From: Acutalibacteraceae bacterium
GTDB taxonomy: Bacteria; Bacillota; Clostridia; Oscillospirales; Acutalibacteraceae
NCBI GenBank assembly: GCA_051880775.1
Contig: JBJEOP010000065.1
Coordinates: 1-52,194 of the forward strand
DNA: 52,194 bases
Reading direction: 5' to 3'
Position numbers and translations under genes: made by a program. Positions 8,811-17,266 of the stretch are shown one piece after another; within the stretch, counting starts at the first letter, position 1, and each line of letters starts with the position of its first letter. The notes under the pieces were generated by a model. The model was not told the origin of the DNA. It ran no database searches and was given only the letters and a program-made list of their open reading frames with translations.

Positions 8811-9638
8811 TTATTTATCCTTATCGCAGCCGCAGTGATATTTTGGCTCGGAACACGGATTGTTTTTCGGGAAAAAGTCATTGGTAGGAAAGTCTATTGT
8901 GCTGAAAAGCTCACAGGGATTTTCTGATGTCGTAACACATTCCTTATGCGGAATACAAAAATCGTATGCAGGAATAAGCATCTGAACATTTCTTTCAAGC
9001 TGTACTATCGTAAAAATTCCTATTGAAACATACACATCCTTTTTTGCGTCGTCATGCGAAAATTCACCGCCGTAACGCTCGCTTATACACTCAGGAATAC
9101 GGCACATAATATCGCAGGATTTTTTATGCTCACACAGTCTTGCTGAAAGCGGAATGGGCTCGGCAATCTGTACGGTTGCTTTCGGGCAGTTGCGTGAACA
9201 CGAGGTAAGTCCGTCATTCATATCCGACGGGCAGTCGGAGGTAAATACCTTTACGTTTCCGTCACTTCCGAAAAGCACAACTCTCTTTGAATATACCGAC
9301 AGACCTTTGACCGGCATAGGCATAGCATTCGGTGCCATAAACAAATCAAGGCATACATCAAAATAAAACACCATATCAACCGAATAGAATCCCCTGTGGA
9401 ACGGCACAGGCTGCAAATCTATTGAAACATTGCAAACATCAACATCGTGCAGACGGACATTTACGGCTTTGTCAACCATACACTGAACAGGCTTTGTCAG
9501 CAGAACAGGCAAGTCCTCCAGGCAATCCTTATCCGAACAGGAATCATAAATACGGGGAGCATTTATACATACGGATTCTTTTATTTTATCACTCGGGTAA
9601 CAGTCGTCACAACCGTTACATAATACATTTTCCGGCAT
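8811..9638 (-). CDS. Cysteine-rich hypothetical protein (275 aa, about 22 Cys)
   Basis: A long ORF with CNGCDDC, CSDKDC and C-terminal HCGCDKDK clusters. There is no signal peptide or TM helix and I do not recognise the family. Confidence 0.6.
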   Translation of the reverse strand: MPENVLCNGCDDCYPSDKIKESVCINAPRIYDSCSDKDCLEDLPVLLTKPVQCMVDKAVNVRLHDVDVCNVSIDLQPVPFHRGFYSVDMVFYFDVCLDLFMAPNAMPMPVKGLSVYSKRVVLFGSDGNVKVFTSDCPSDMNDGLTSCSRNCPKATVQIAEPIPLSARLCEHKKSCDIMCRIPECISERYGGEFSHDDAKKDVYVSIGIFTIVQLERNVQMLIPAYDFCIPHKECVTTSENPCELFSTIDFPTNDFFPKNNPCSEPKYHCGCDKDK

Positions 9639-10078
9639 AGAAATTCCTCCTATTTATTTTTATATAACCATAATATGTAATGTACCGATGGTGTGTGTCT
9701 GTATAAAAGTCAGGATTTTTAACAAAATTACAGGCTTGTATTCTGCCCTAAATATTACAAATTGTAAACAAATATCATCTCGGGTTACAGTATGAATTTT
9801 TATATATAATCGGGTGAATTACAGTTACTTACACACTGCCGAAAAATGTCATAAATACAGATTTAAAGCTGTTTTGTAATAATTCTTTAAAAAAATAAAT
9901 GCACATAATGACAGCTGTAAGCGTTGAAAATGTAATAAAAAATAACTCTGATGAGCGATTTTGATTATTTAGTAAAGAATGTATATTTCACTTATTATAA
10001 AATTCAGGAAACAGCATAATAATCGAAAAAACAAGAATATAAATATTTGATTTGTGTGATAAATTCAATAAATAACAG

Positions 10079-10106
10079 TTGTAACAAATTGTAACAGCTT
10101 TGTAAC
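10079..10106 (+). repeat. Three direct TTGTAAC repeats phased at 10-11 bp
   Basis: TTGTAAC occurs at 10079, 10089 and 10100. A related palindrome TTACAA-A-TTGTAA lies at 9755-9767. Confidence 0.5.
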
Positions 10107-10246
10107 TATTAATTTTCTTGCACCTTGCACATAATTTCCGGAATATTTAATTCTGTTAAAGAATATTACAAGCAAAACAAGGTCGTATTTGGCATTTTTT
10201 AAAGTTAATTTCCGTTAAAATGAACAAAAAAATCTTAATAACATTT

Positions 10247-10275
10247 TTGACATTGCGGCATTTTTGAATTATAAT
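10247..10275 (+). promoter_or_regulatory. Sigma-A-like promoter (TTGACA, 17 nt spacer, TATAAT) for the yabE-like gene
   Basis: Consensus hexamers with a 17-nt spacer, about 80 nt upstream of ATG 10355. Confidence 0.6.
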
Positions 10276-10354
10276 ACGGTCATCAACTAAAAATTGCCTG
10301 TTTGTACAGCCGTTTGAGGCTGTGTGTCAGGTCAGTCGTAAGGAGATAATACTA

Positions 10355-11587
10355 ATGGACAGTCAGAAAAAAAATCGCTTTTCAAGACTTCAAAAAGCAA
10401 TATCAGTTACAGTAATGGGTGCAATTTGCCTTACAGCGGCAGTATCGGTTGCTTCACTTTCAAAAACCGTTACAATTACTGACGGCGATAAGACAATGAC
10501 TATAAATACTATGAACCCTGATACAAATGCAATACTTGAAAAAACGGGTATGGAACTCGGCAAGAATGATAAACTGGTTCGTACAGATGACGACGGACAC
10601 AATGTAAATATTTCAATTCTCAGAGCATTCAGTGTTGATGTTGTTGACGAGGGCAAAACAAAAACCCTTACCTTTAACGACGGCACCGTTGCAGACGCAC
10701 TGAAAGCCGCAGGAATGACTCTCAGCAAAAATGATACCGTTTCTTTCTCGGCAAACACTGAGCTTGAACCGGATATGGAAATTAAAATTGCACGCTGGTA
10801 CACGGTAAATCTTGATGTAAGAGGCAAGAAAATGACCAAGGACGTTCCGGCAGGAACAGTTTCGGAGGTTCTTGATTTCCTTAACATCAAACTCGGCAAA
10901 AATGATGTTCTTTCTGTGGACGGCGATAAAAAGGTTACTGAGGGTATGGATATTACCGTTCAGACCGTTACATACAAAAATGTTACATCAAAGAAAGAAA
11001 TCGCCTACAAGACCGAAACAAAGGAAACAAGTCAGCTTTATCAGGGCGAAACCGAAGTTGAAAGAGAAGGACAAAACGGTGAACGCACTATCGTTACACG
11101 TCAGAAATATGTCAACGGTGAGCTTGTTGTCGAAAAGGAAATAAGCAACAAGGTTACAAAGAAAGCAGTTAATGAAATTGTTCTCAGCGGTACGGCTGAA
11201 AAAGTAAACCACATTCAGACGAACTACGGCGAGGTATTCGTAAACGAAAGCGAAAATTTCCTTACCGACACAAACGGAAATACAGTATCATTCAGCCGTG
11301 TTCTTACAGGTTCAGGCACAGCATATACGGCACCGGCCGGAGCGTTGACATCAACGGGACGCCTTGCACAGTACGGCGTTGTTGCAGTAGATCCTGACCT
11401 TATACCTTACGGTTCAAATCTTTATATCGTTTCAAATGACGGTGAGATTGTTTACGGCTATGCCGTTGCAGGCGACACAGGCGGAGCAATGATGGCAGGC
11501 GAGGCAATATGCGACCTGTATTATCCGACCTATGACGAATGTACAATATTCGGCAGACGTGATATTACAATATACGTTCTTGACTGA
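10355..11587 (+). CDS. yabE: YabE-like cell-wall protein (DUF348 repeats + G5 + 3D domain)
   Basis: An N-terminal TM anchor, then repeated DG....T...TV.D.L....I.L...D modules, a G5-like segment (EGQNGERTIVTRQKYVNGELV) and a C-terminal 3D domain (VAVDP..IPYGS.LYI......YAVAGDTGGA). RBS AAGGAG precedes ATG 10355; the ORF track begins at GTG 10322. Confidence 0.8.
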   Translation: MDSQKKNRFSRLQKAISVTVMGAICLTAAVSVASLSKTVTITDGDKTMTINTMNPDTNAILEKTGMELGKNDKLVRTDDDGHNVNISILRAFSVDVVDEGKTKTLTFNDGTVADALKAAGMTLSKNDTVSFSANTELEPDMEIKIARWYTVNLDVRGKKMTKDVPAGTVSEVLDFLNIKLGKNDVLSVDGDKKVTEGMDITVQTVTYKNVTSKKEIAYKTETKETSQLYQGETEVEREGQNGERTIVTRQKYVNGELVVEKEISNKVTKKAVNEIVLSGTAEKVNHIQTNYGEVFVNESENFLTDTNGNTVSFSRVLTGSGTAYTAPAGALTSTGRLAQYGVVAVDPDLIPYGSNLYIVSNDGEIVYGYAVAGDTGGAMMAGEAICDLYYPTYDECTIFGRRDITIYVLD

Positions 11588-11604
11588 TAATAACATAATA
11601 CTTT

Positions 11605-11638
11605 CAGCCGTTCGGCATTTTTGCAGGACGGCTGTTTT
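11605..11638 (+). terminator. Intrinsic terminator
   Basis: Stem CAGCCGT / ACGGCTG followed by TTTT. Confidence 0.55.
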
Positions 11639-11810
11639 AATATGGCTATAAGTGAATTATCACAACAAATCATAATGCTCTCTATGGAGTCAGGCAATAC
11701 GATAAAAGCTTGTATTTGCTGTTTGCAGGACAAAATTTCGTCAAAGTATTGATTTTTGGCTGTGTACAAAGTATAATATTTCTAATGTAATAATGGGAGC
11801 GTGAGCAATA

Positions 11811-12089
11811 ATGCTGCTTGCAATAATTTCGGCTGTTGTATGTCTTGCGATTGCAACAATGATGTACACACCTCGTATGAGGAGTTTTCGATTTTACAGA
11901 CCTGTTGCATTTTTGTTCCTTTTTGAGGGCGTATGGGTGCTGGCAGACTATATATTCAAACAGGCAGTTCCGGATAATGTCTTTATGCAGATAATACATT
12001 ATGTGGGGCTTATCGTTCTTGGTCTGTATTTTTTGATAAATCTCTTTTTTTCGGGCAAAAAAAAGGAAAAATCCACAAAAGAAAAATAA
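11811..12089 (+). CDS. Small membrane protein (92 aa), paralogue of the next gene
   Basis: Three hydrophobic segments. It shares the motif F.FEGVWVLADYI with the neighbouring gene. Confidence 0.5.
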   Translation: MLLAIISAVVCLAIATMMYTPRMRSFRFYRPVAFLFLFEGVWVLADYIFKQAVPDNVFMQIIHYVGLIVLGLYFLINLFFSGKKKEKSTKEK

Positions 12090-12115
12090 TAATTTTATAA
12101 TCAAGGAGTTATATT

Positions 12116-12430
12116 ATGAATTATCTGTATTCGGGAATCTGGTTTATTGTTGCGGTACTGCTTTTTGTGCGTTTCCGAAAAGAAAGCAGGATTGTATATC
12201 TTCTCAGCGGATATTTTACTTTTATGGGTATTTGGTGGCTTGCTGACGAAATTCTGTCTGTTGACCTTATGAACGGTATATACGGCTGGATTCTAAGAGG
12301 AGTTTCGTTCTTTGTGGTACTTTGCCTGCTTTTGATGTATTTCCGCAGTAAAAGCAAAAAATCAATTAAATCGGAGTCCGAAACAGACAGCGAAATACCT
12401 GTTATTTCTCAGGAAACCTCAGAGAAATAA
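12116..12430 (+). CDS. Small membrane protein (104 aa), paralogue of the previous gene
   Basis: RBS AAGGAG upstream and three hydrophobic segments. It has the shared motif F.FMGIWWLADEI. Confidence 0.55.
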   Translation: MNYLYSGIWFIVAVLLFVRFRKESRIVYLLSGYFTFMGIWWLADEILSVDLMNGIYGWILRGVSFFVVLCLLLMYFRSKSKKSIKSESETDSEIPVISQETSEK

Positions 12431-12458
12431 CCTTAAATTATTTAATAAAAATAATCAA

Positions 12459-12511
12459 AGAGCATATTTGCTTATCCGTTATCGGAGAATGAGCAGATAT
12501 GCTCTGATTTT
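12459..12511 (+). terminator. Intrinsic terminator
   Basis: A 14-bp stem AGAGCATATTTGCT / AGCAGATATGCTCT followed by GATTTTT. Confidence 0.7.
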
Positions 12512-12619
12512 TATAATTATATACTTTTATATGAACGTATATTATGGTATAATACATCTGTAATATATAAAATCAGGTTTATTTATATATACAATAAGTT
12601 ATGATTTGGAGATGCTTGA

Positions 12620-13885
12620 ATGTCTGAATTTGTACGAAAAGAAATATGTGAAGGCGTTGCCTTTAACAGTATTACCGATAACAGATTTAAAACAGGTCGT
12701 ATCAGTGCAACCTTGTTTGTGCCGCTTGACAGAAAAACTGCGGCGGCAAATGCACTGCTTTCGTGTGTGCTGACACGCTCCTGCAAGAAATATCCCGATT
12801 TTACCACACTCAGCCGAAAGCTTGACGAGCTTTACGGTGCGGCACTCTATCCGTCAGTAAGAAGAACAGGGGATTTTCAGGCACTGACAATCTCTGTTAC
12901 GGGAATTGACGATAAATACGCTCTGGACGATGTTTCGGTTTCGTCTGAGCTTACCGACCTTTTGTGTTCGATTATATTTGAACCGAATATTACAGACGGC
13001 CGTTTTGTTGATGAAGAGGTTGAACAGGAACGCCGCCAGCTTATTGAAAACATTGACGCAGAGTTCAATGACAAGCGTATTTATTCAATAAACCGCTGTA
13101 TTGAAATTATGTGCAGAGATGAGCTTTTTTCGGTAGGTCGCTTTGGCAGCCGTGAAGATGTTGTCGCCCTGAAAAACGAGGATATTTACAACGCTTGGAG
13201 AAACCTCCTTGATAATGCAAGGGTTGAACTCACAATGCTCGGAAATACAGACCCTCACAATGCCTTTGAGGGCTTTAAAAAATATTTTGCAGATAAGCCA
13301 CGCCGACAGAATGTATCAACACAGATTGTAACAGATGTCGGAGAAGTAAAAAGAATTATAGAAACCGAAGATGTCGCACAGTCAAAGCTCGTTATGGGTT
13401 TTCGGTGTGCATATCCCGAAACAGCCGAGGAAACCGTTGCAAACTCTCTTATGTCGGCGATTATCGGCGGAATACCTACATCAAAGCTGTTTTCAAATGT
13501 AAGAGAAAAAATGAGTCTTTGCTATTACTGTGCAAGCCGTGTTGACAGTCAGAAGGGAATTATGCTTATTGACAGCGGTGTGGAAACAGGAAATATCGAC
13601 AAAGCCGAAAAGGCAATACTTGAACAGCTTGAAATAACCGCACACGGAAACATTACTGATGAGGAGCTTAATTCCGCAAAGCTGGCACTCAAAAACAGCT
13701 ATATATCTTTGCTTGACAGCCTTTCATCAATGCAGAATTTCTATCTTAACGGTATTCTCAGAGGGATTACGCTCACACCTCAGAAAGCCGCTGAAATTGT
13801 TGATACTATAACAAAAGAACAGATTATTTCTCTTGCAAAACAGATAAAGCCTGATACCGTTTTCTCACTTATCGGAAACGAATAA
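12620..13885 (+). CDS. M16-family (pitrilysin/insulinase-like) peptidase subunit lacking the HxxEH motif (non-catalytic partner)
   Basis: About 420 aa with M16 N/C-domain-like organisation and no HxxEH motif. It is followed directly by an HxxEH-containing paralogue, as in YmfF/YmfH-type pairs. Confidence 0.7.
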   Translation: MSEFVRKEICEGVAFNSITDNRFKTGRISATLFVPLDRKTAAANALLSCVLTRSCKKYPDFTTLSRKLDELYGAALYPSVRRTGDFQALTISVTGIDDKYALDDVSVSSELTDLLCSIIFEPNITDGRFVDEEVEQERRQLIENIDAEFNDKRIYSINRCIEIMCRDELFSVGRFGSREDVVALKNEDIYNAWRNLLDNARVELTMLGNTDPHNAFEGFKKYFADKPRRQNVSTQIVTDVGEVKRIIETEDVAQSKLVMGFRCAYPETAEETVANSLMSAIIGGIPTSKLFSNVREKMSLCYYCASRVDSQKGIMLIDSGVETGNIDKAEKAILEQLEITAHGNITDEELNSAKLALKNSYISLLDSLSSMQNFYLNGILRGITLTPQKAAEIVDTITKEQIISLAKQIKPDTVFSLIGNE

Positions 13886-13937
13886 TTTTTAACGAAAAGA
13901 GGTGTCTGCCGCTGTCAGACAAAACAGCGGTTTTTGA

Positions 13938-15212
13938 ATGAATTTTACTGAAATAAACAACAAACGCCTTGGCGAAAAATATTACAGAATACATCACAGC
14001 TCGGGACTGAACATAATCGTCTGTCCGAAAGAGGGCTTTAATTCCGTATATGCCACGATTGCAACAAAATTCGGCTCGATAAACTCACAGTTTATCCATA
14101 ACGGAAACAGAGTTCACGTTCCCGACGGTACGGCACATTATCTTGAACATAAGCTGTTTGAGAGTGAGGACGGCGACGCTTTTTCAAAATATGCAAAGAC
14201 GGGTGCCTCGGCAAATGCCTATACATCATTTGATGTAACCTGTTATCTGTTTTCGTGTACGGATAAATTTGAGGAATCGCTCGAAATACTGATTGACCTT
14301 ATACAGTCGCCGTATTTTACTCCCGAAACCGTCGCCAAGGAACAGGGAATAATCGGACAGGAAATAAAGATGTATGAGGACGACCCCAACTGGAAGGTTA
14401 TGATGAATCTTTTGCAGGCAATGTATAAAAACCACCCGATAAATATTGATATTGCGGGTACGGTTGATACGATTGCACAGATTACACCAGAAACCCTTTA
14501 CGAATGCTACAACAGCTATTATAACCTTAACAATATGGTTATGTGCATTGCCGGAAACGTAACGCCTGAACAGGTGCTTGAAATTGCCGGCAAAAAGCTC
14601 AAAAAAGCTGAAAAATGCGACACTCAGAGTGTTTTTTCCGATGAACCGTATGAGGTTGTAAAAAACTACACTGAACAGATACTTCCGGTTGCCGTTCCTA
14701 TGTTTGAAATGGGCTTTAAGGAAAATGCTCCCAAAACCTGTGTGACAACAAAGGAGCTTATATGCACAAATATTCTTCTTACGGCTTTTGCGGCAGAATC
14801 ATCGGCACTTTACAGAAAGCTTATTGACGAAAAGCTCATAAATTCAACCTTTGACTCGGAATATCTTGAAGGCAGCGGCTATCGTGCGGTTATCTTTTCG
14901 GGAGAATCAAGAAATCCCAAAAAAGCCGCAGAATTTATCCTTGACGCAGTTAAGGAGCTTCACGAAAACGGAATTTCAAAAGAGGATTTTGAAATTGCAA
15001 AGCGTTCGGTTTACGGAAAGCTTATTTCGGGCTTTGACAGTCCGTCGTCGATAGCGTCGGGAATAATCAATGCGGAATTTTCGGGCAGAGAGATTTTTGA
15101 ATCCGTTGATGTATTTTCGGAAATCACACTTGATGATGTAAACAACAGGCTGAAAGCTGAGCTTGACCCCGAAAATTACAGTCTTTCGGTTGTTAAGTCT
15201 ATGGAAGAATAA
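13938..15212 (+). CDS. M16-family zinc peptidase, catalytic subunit
   Basis: GTAHYLEHKLFE carries the inverted zinc motif HxxEH. The protein is 424 aa. Confidence 0.8.
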   Translation: MNFTEINNKRLGEKYYRIHHSSGLNIIVCPKEGFNSVYATIATKFGSINSQFIHNGNRVHVPDGTAHYLEHKLFESEDGDAFSKYAKTGASANAYTSFDVTCYLFSCTDKFEESLEILIDLIQSPYFTPETVAKEQGIIGQEIKMYEDDPNWKVMMNLLQAMYKNHPINIDIAGTVDTIAQITPETLYECYNSYYNLNNMVMCIAGNVTPEQVLEIAGKKLKKAEKCDTQSVFSDEPYEVVKNYTEQILPVAVPMFEMGFKENAPKTCVTTKELICTNILLTAFAAESSALYRKLIDEKLINSTFDSEYLEGSGYRAVIFSGESRNPKKAAEFILDAVKELHENGISKEDFEIAKRSVYGKLISGFDSPSSIASGIINAEFSGREIFESVDVFSEITLDDVNNRLKAELDPENYSLSVVKSMEE

Positions 15213-15229
15213 TATTCGGAGGAATTTTT

Positions 15230-16177
15230 ATGACAGGATATAATGTTCAGTTTCCGTCACTGGGGCTTGATTTTCATATCAACCCCGTGGCGTTCTCCAT
15301 AGGTGATTTTAATGTATATTGGTACGGAATTATAATCGGCTGCGGCTTTTTGCTTGCACTGCTTTTTGCCTTGAAAAGCCTTAAAAGGTTCGGAATTGAC
15401 CGTGACGGATTTTTTGACTGCGTTCTTGTCGGTCTTATATGCGGAATTGTCGGTGCAAGAGCCTATTATGTAATTTTTCGGTGGGATTACTATATGGCTA
15501 ATCCATCGGAAATTCTGTCGATACACAACGGCGGTCTTGCGATTTACGGCGGCATAATCGGCGGACTTCTCGGCGGCTGTATCGTTGCAAAAATCAAGAA
15601 AATAAGTATTCCCGCAATACTTGATGTTGCTGTACTCGGGTTTCTTATCGGACAGGGAATAGGTCGCTGGGGTAATTTCATAAACCAGGAGGCTTTCGGT
15701 ACTCCTACCGATCTTCCGTGGGGTATGCTCAGCGAAAACACAAACGGTGTTGCCGTTCACCCGTGTTTCCTGTATGAATCACTGTGGTGTATTCTCGGAT
15801 TTTTCGTGCTGAACTATATCAGCAAAAAGTACCGCAAATATGACGGTCAGATTTTCCTTATGTATCTTGTGTGGTACGGCTTTGAAAGAATGATTGTTGA
15901 GGGTTTGCGGACAGACAGCCTTTATACGCCGTTCTTAAACCTTCGTGTATCACAGATACTTGCAGCGGCAACAATGATTGTCGGAATTGCACTGCTTATT
16001 GTATTCAGGAACCGCACCGTAAAGGCTGCGGATACATACAAAGGCAAAGATAAAAAATCAGACAAATCCGAAAATACCGCAAAAAACACCGAACCCGTCA
16101 CTGCGGAAAATTCGGAAAATACTGATGTATCACAGGACACACCGACTGACGAAAATACAGATTCAGATGATAAATAA
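15230..16177 (+). CDS. lgt: Prolipoprotein diacylglyceryl transferase with acidic low-complexity C-terminal tail
   Basis: YWYGIII, GGLAIYGGIIGG and GRWGNFINQEAFG are Lgt signatures. Confidence 0.9.
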   Translation: MTGYNVQFPSLGLDFHINPVAFSIGDFNVYWYGIIIGCGFLLALLFALKSLKRFGIDRDGFFDCVLVGLICGIVGARAYYVIFRWDYYMANPSEILSIHNGGLAIYGGIIGGLLGGCIVAKIKKISIPAILDVAVLGFLIGQGIGRWGNFINQEAFGTPTDLPWGMLSENTNGVAVHPCFLYESLWCILGFFVLNYISKKYRKYDGQIFLMYLVWYGFERMIVEGLRTDSLYTPFLNLRVSQILAAATMIVGIALLIVFRNRTVKAADTYKGKDKKSDKSENTAKNTEPVTAENSENTDVSQDTPTDENTDSDDK

Positions 16178-16204
16178 TACTGTTTATCGTTAAAATAGTG
16201 GATG

Positions 16205-16283
16205 AAAATTGCGGGTGCAGGGGTTCAACCCCTGCCGAGGTCAAGGGCGAGCAGCCCTTGTGGGGTTTGGGGCAAAGCCCCAA
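16205..16283 (+). repeat. GC-rich triple-hairpin intergenic repeat, copy A
   Basis: The hairpins are GCAGGGG-TTCAA-CCCCTGC, CAAGGGC-GAGCA-GCCCTTG and TGGGGC-AAA-GCCCCA. An inverted second copy lies at 38934-39015. Confidence 0.85.
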
Positions 16284-16324
16284 TGTATAATACTTCAAAT
16301 AATAATTACAAGGAGTGGTTTTCA

Positions 16325-17179
16325 ATGGCAAAGATAATAAGCGGTAAAGAAGTATCGGCACAGGTTCGTGCAGATGTAAGAGCAGAATGTGAAACATTAA
16401 AGAAACAGGGTGTTGCTCCCGGTCTTGCGGTAATTATTGTGGGTGATGACCCTGCGTCAAGAGTTTATGTAAACAACAAGAAAAAAGCGTGTGAAGATGT
16501 CGGGTTTTTGTCTGAGGAATACGCACTGCCTGCACAGACAACTCAGGAGGAGCTGCTTGCCCTTATCGAAAAGCTGAACAACAAAAAGGAAATTAACGGT
16601 ATTCTCTGTCAGCTTCCGCTGCCGAAGCACCTTGACGAAAAGGCTGTAATAAATGCAATTTCACCGCTGAAAGATGTTGACGCTTTTCATCCGTCAAATG
16701 TGGGAAGAATTATGATAGGGGATTATCATTTTCTGCCCTGTACACCTGCGGGCGTTATGGAGCTGATACATTCGGCGAACATAGACGTAAACGGCAAAAA
16801 CTGCGTCGTAATCGGTCGCAGTAACATTGTCGGCAAGCCTATGGCAATGCTTTTGCTCCACGAAAACGGCACGGTTACAATATGCCACAGCCGTACAAAA
16901 AATCTTAAAGAGATATGCCGCAGTGCCGACATTCTTGTTGCCGCTGTCGGAAAGCCTAAGTTTGTAAAGGCTGATATGGTAAAAGAGGGTGCCGTTGTAA
17001 TTGATGTCGGAATGGACAGAGATGAAAACGGAAAGCTCTGCGGAGATGTTGACTTCAATGAGGTTGAGCCTGTTGCGTCATATATCACACCTGTTCCGGG
17101 CGGCGTAGGTCCTATGACTATTGCAATGCTTATGAAAAACACTCTTATGGCGGCAAAAATCCAGAACGGAGTTAAATAA
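16325..17179 (+). CDS. folD: Bifunctional methylenetetrahydrofolate dehydrogenase / methenyl-THF cyclohydrolase
   Basis: MAKIISGKEVS...GLAVIIVGDDPASRVYV..K.KACE.VG...GILCQLPLP are FolD signatures. RBS AAGGAG precedes ATG 16325. The upstream ORF extension is a translation of the repeat. Confidence 0.9.
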   Translation: MAKIISGKEVSAQVRADVRAECETLKKQGVAPGLAVIIVGDDPASRVYVNNKKKACEDVGFLSEEYALPAQTTQEELLALIEKLNNKKEINGILCQLPLPKHLDEKAVINAISPLKDVDAFHPSNVGRIMIGDYHFLPCTPAGVMELIHSANIDVNGKNCVVIGRSNIVGKPMAMLLLHENGTVTICHSRTKNLKEICRSADILVAAVGKPKFVKADMVKEGAVVIDVGMDRDENGKLCGDVDFNEVEPVASYITPVPGGVGPMTIAMLMKNTLMAAKIQNGVK

Positions 17180-17209
17180 TTCATAATTCATAATGCATAA
17201 TTCATAATT
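17178..17209 (+). repeat. Heptad-type short tandem repeat (AATTCATAATTCATAATGCATAATTCATAATT)
   Basis: It starts inside the folD stop codon. A related G-substituted version lies after prfC at 20182-20213. Confidence 0.6.
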
Positions 17210-17266
17210 AGTGTGCAAGCCGTAAGTTTACAAATAAATACAGATTTTAAGGGGGAAAGAAAAGTG

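Noticed and set aside
10276-10354. A c-di-AMP (ydaO-type) riboswitch upstream of the yabE-like cell-wall gene, where such riboswitches often occur
   Set aside because: The leader is only about 80 nt and lacks the conserved GGGGA/ACCC/CCGA-type blocks and the pseudo-twofold architecture. Only one small hairpin is present.
16202-16324. A 41-codon N-terminal extension of the folD ORF (MKIAGAGVQPLPRSRASSPCGVWGKAP...)
   Set aside because: It is the translation of the GC-rich hairpin repeat. A good RBS (AAGGAG) precedes the canonical MAKIISGKEV start at 16325, and FolD proteins begin there.
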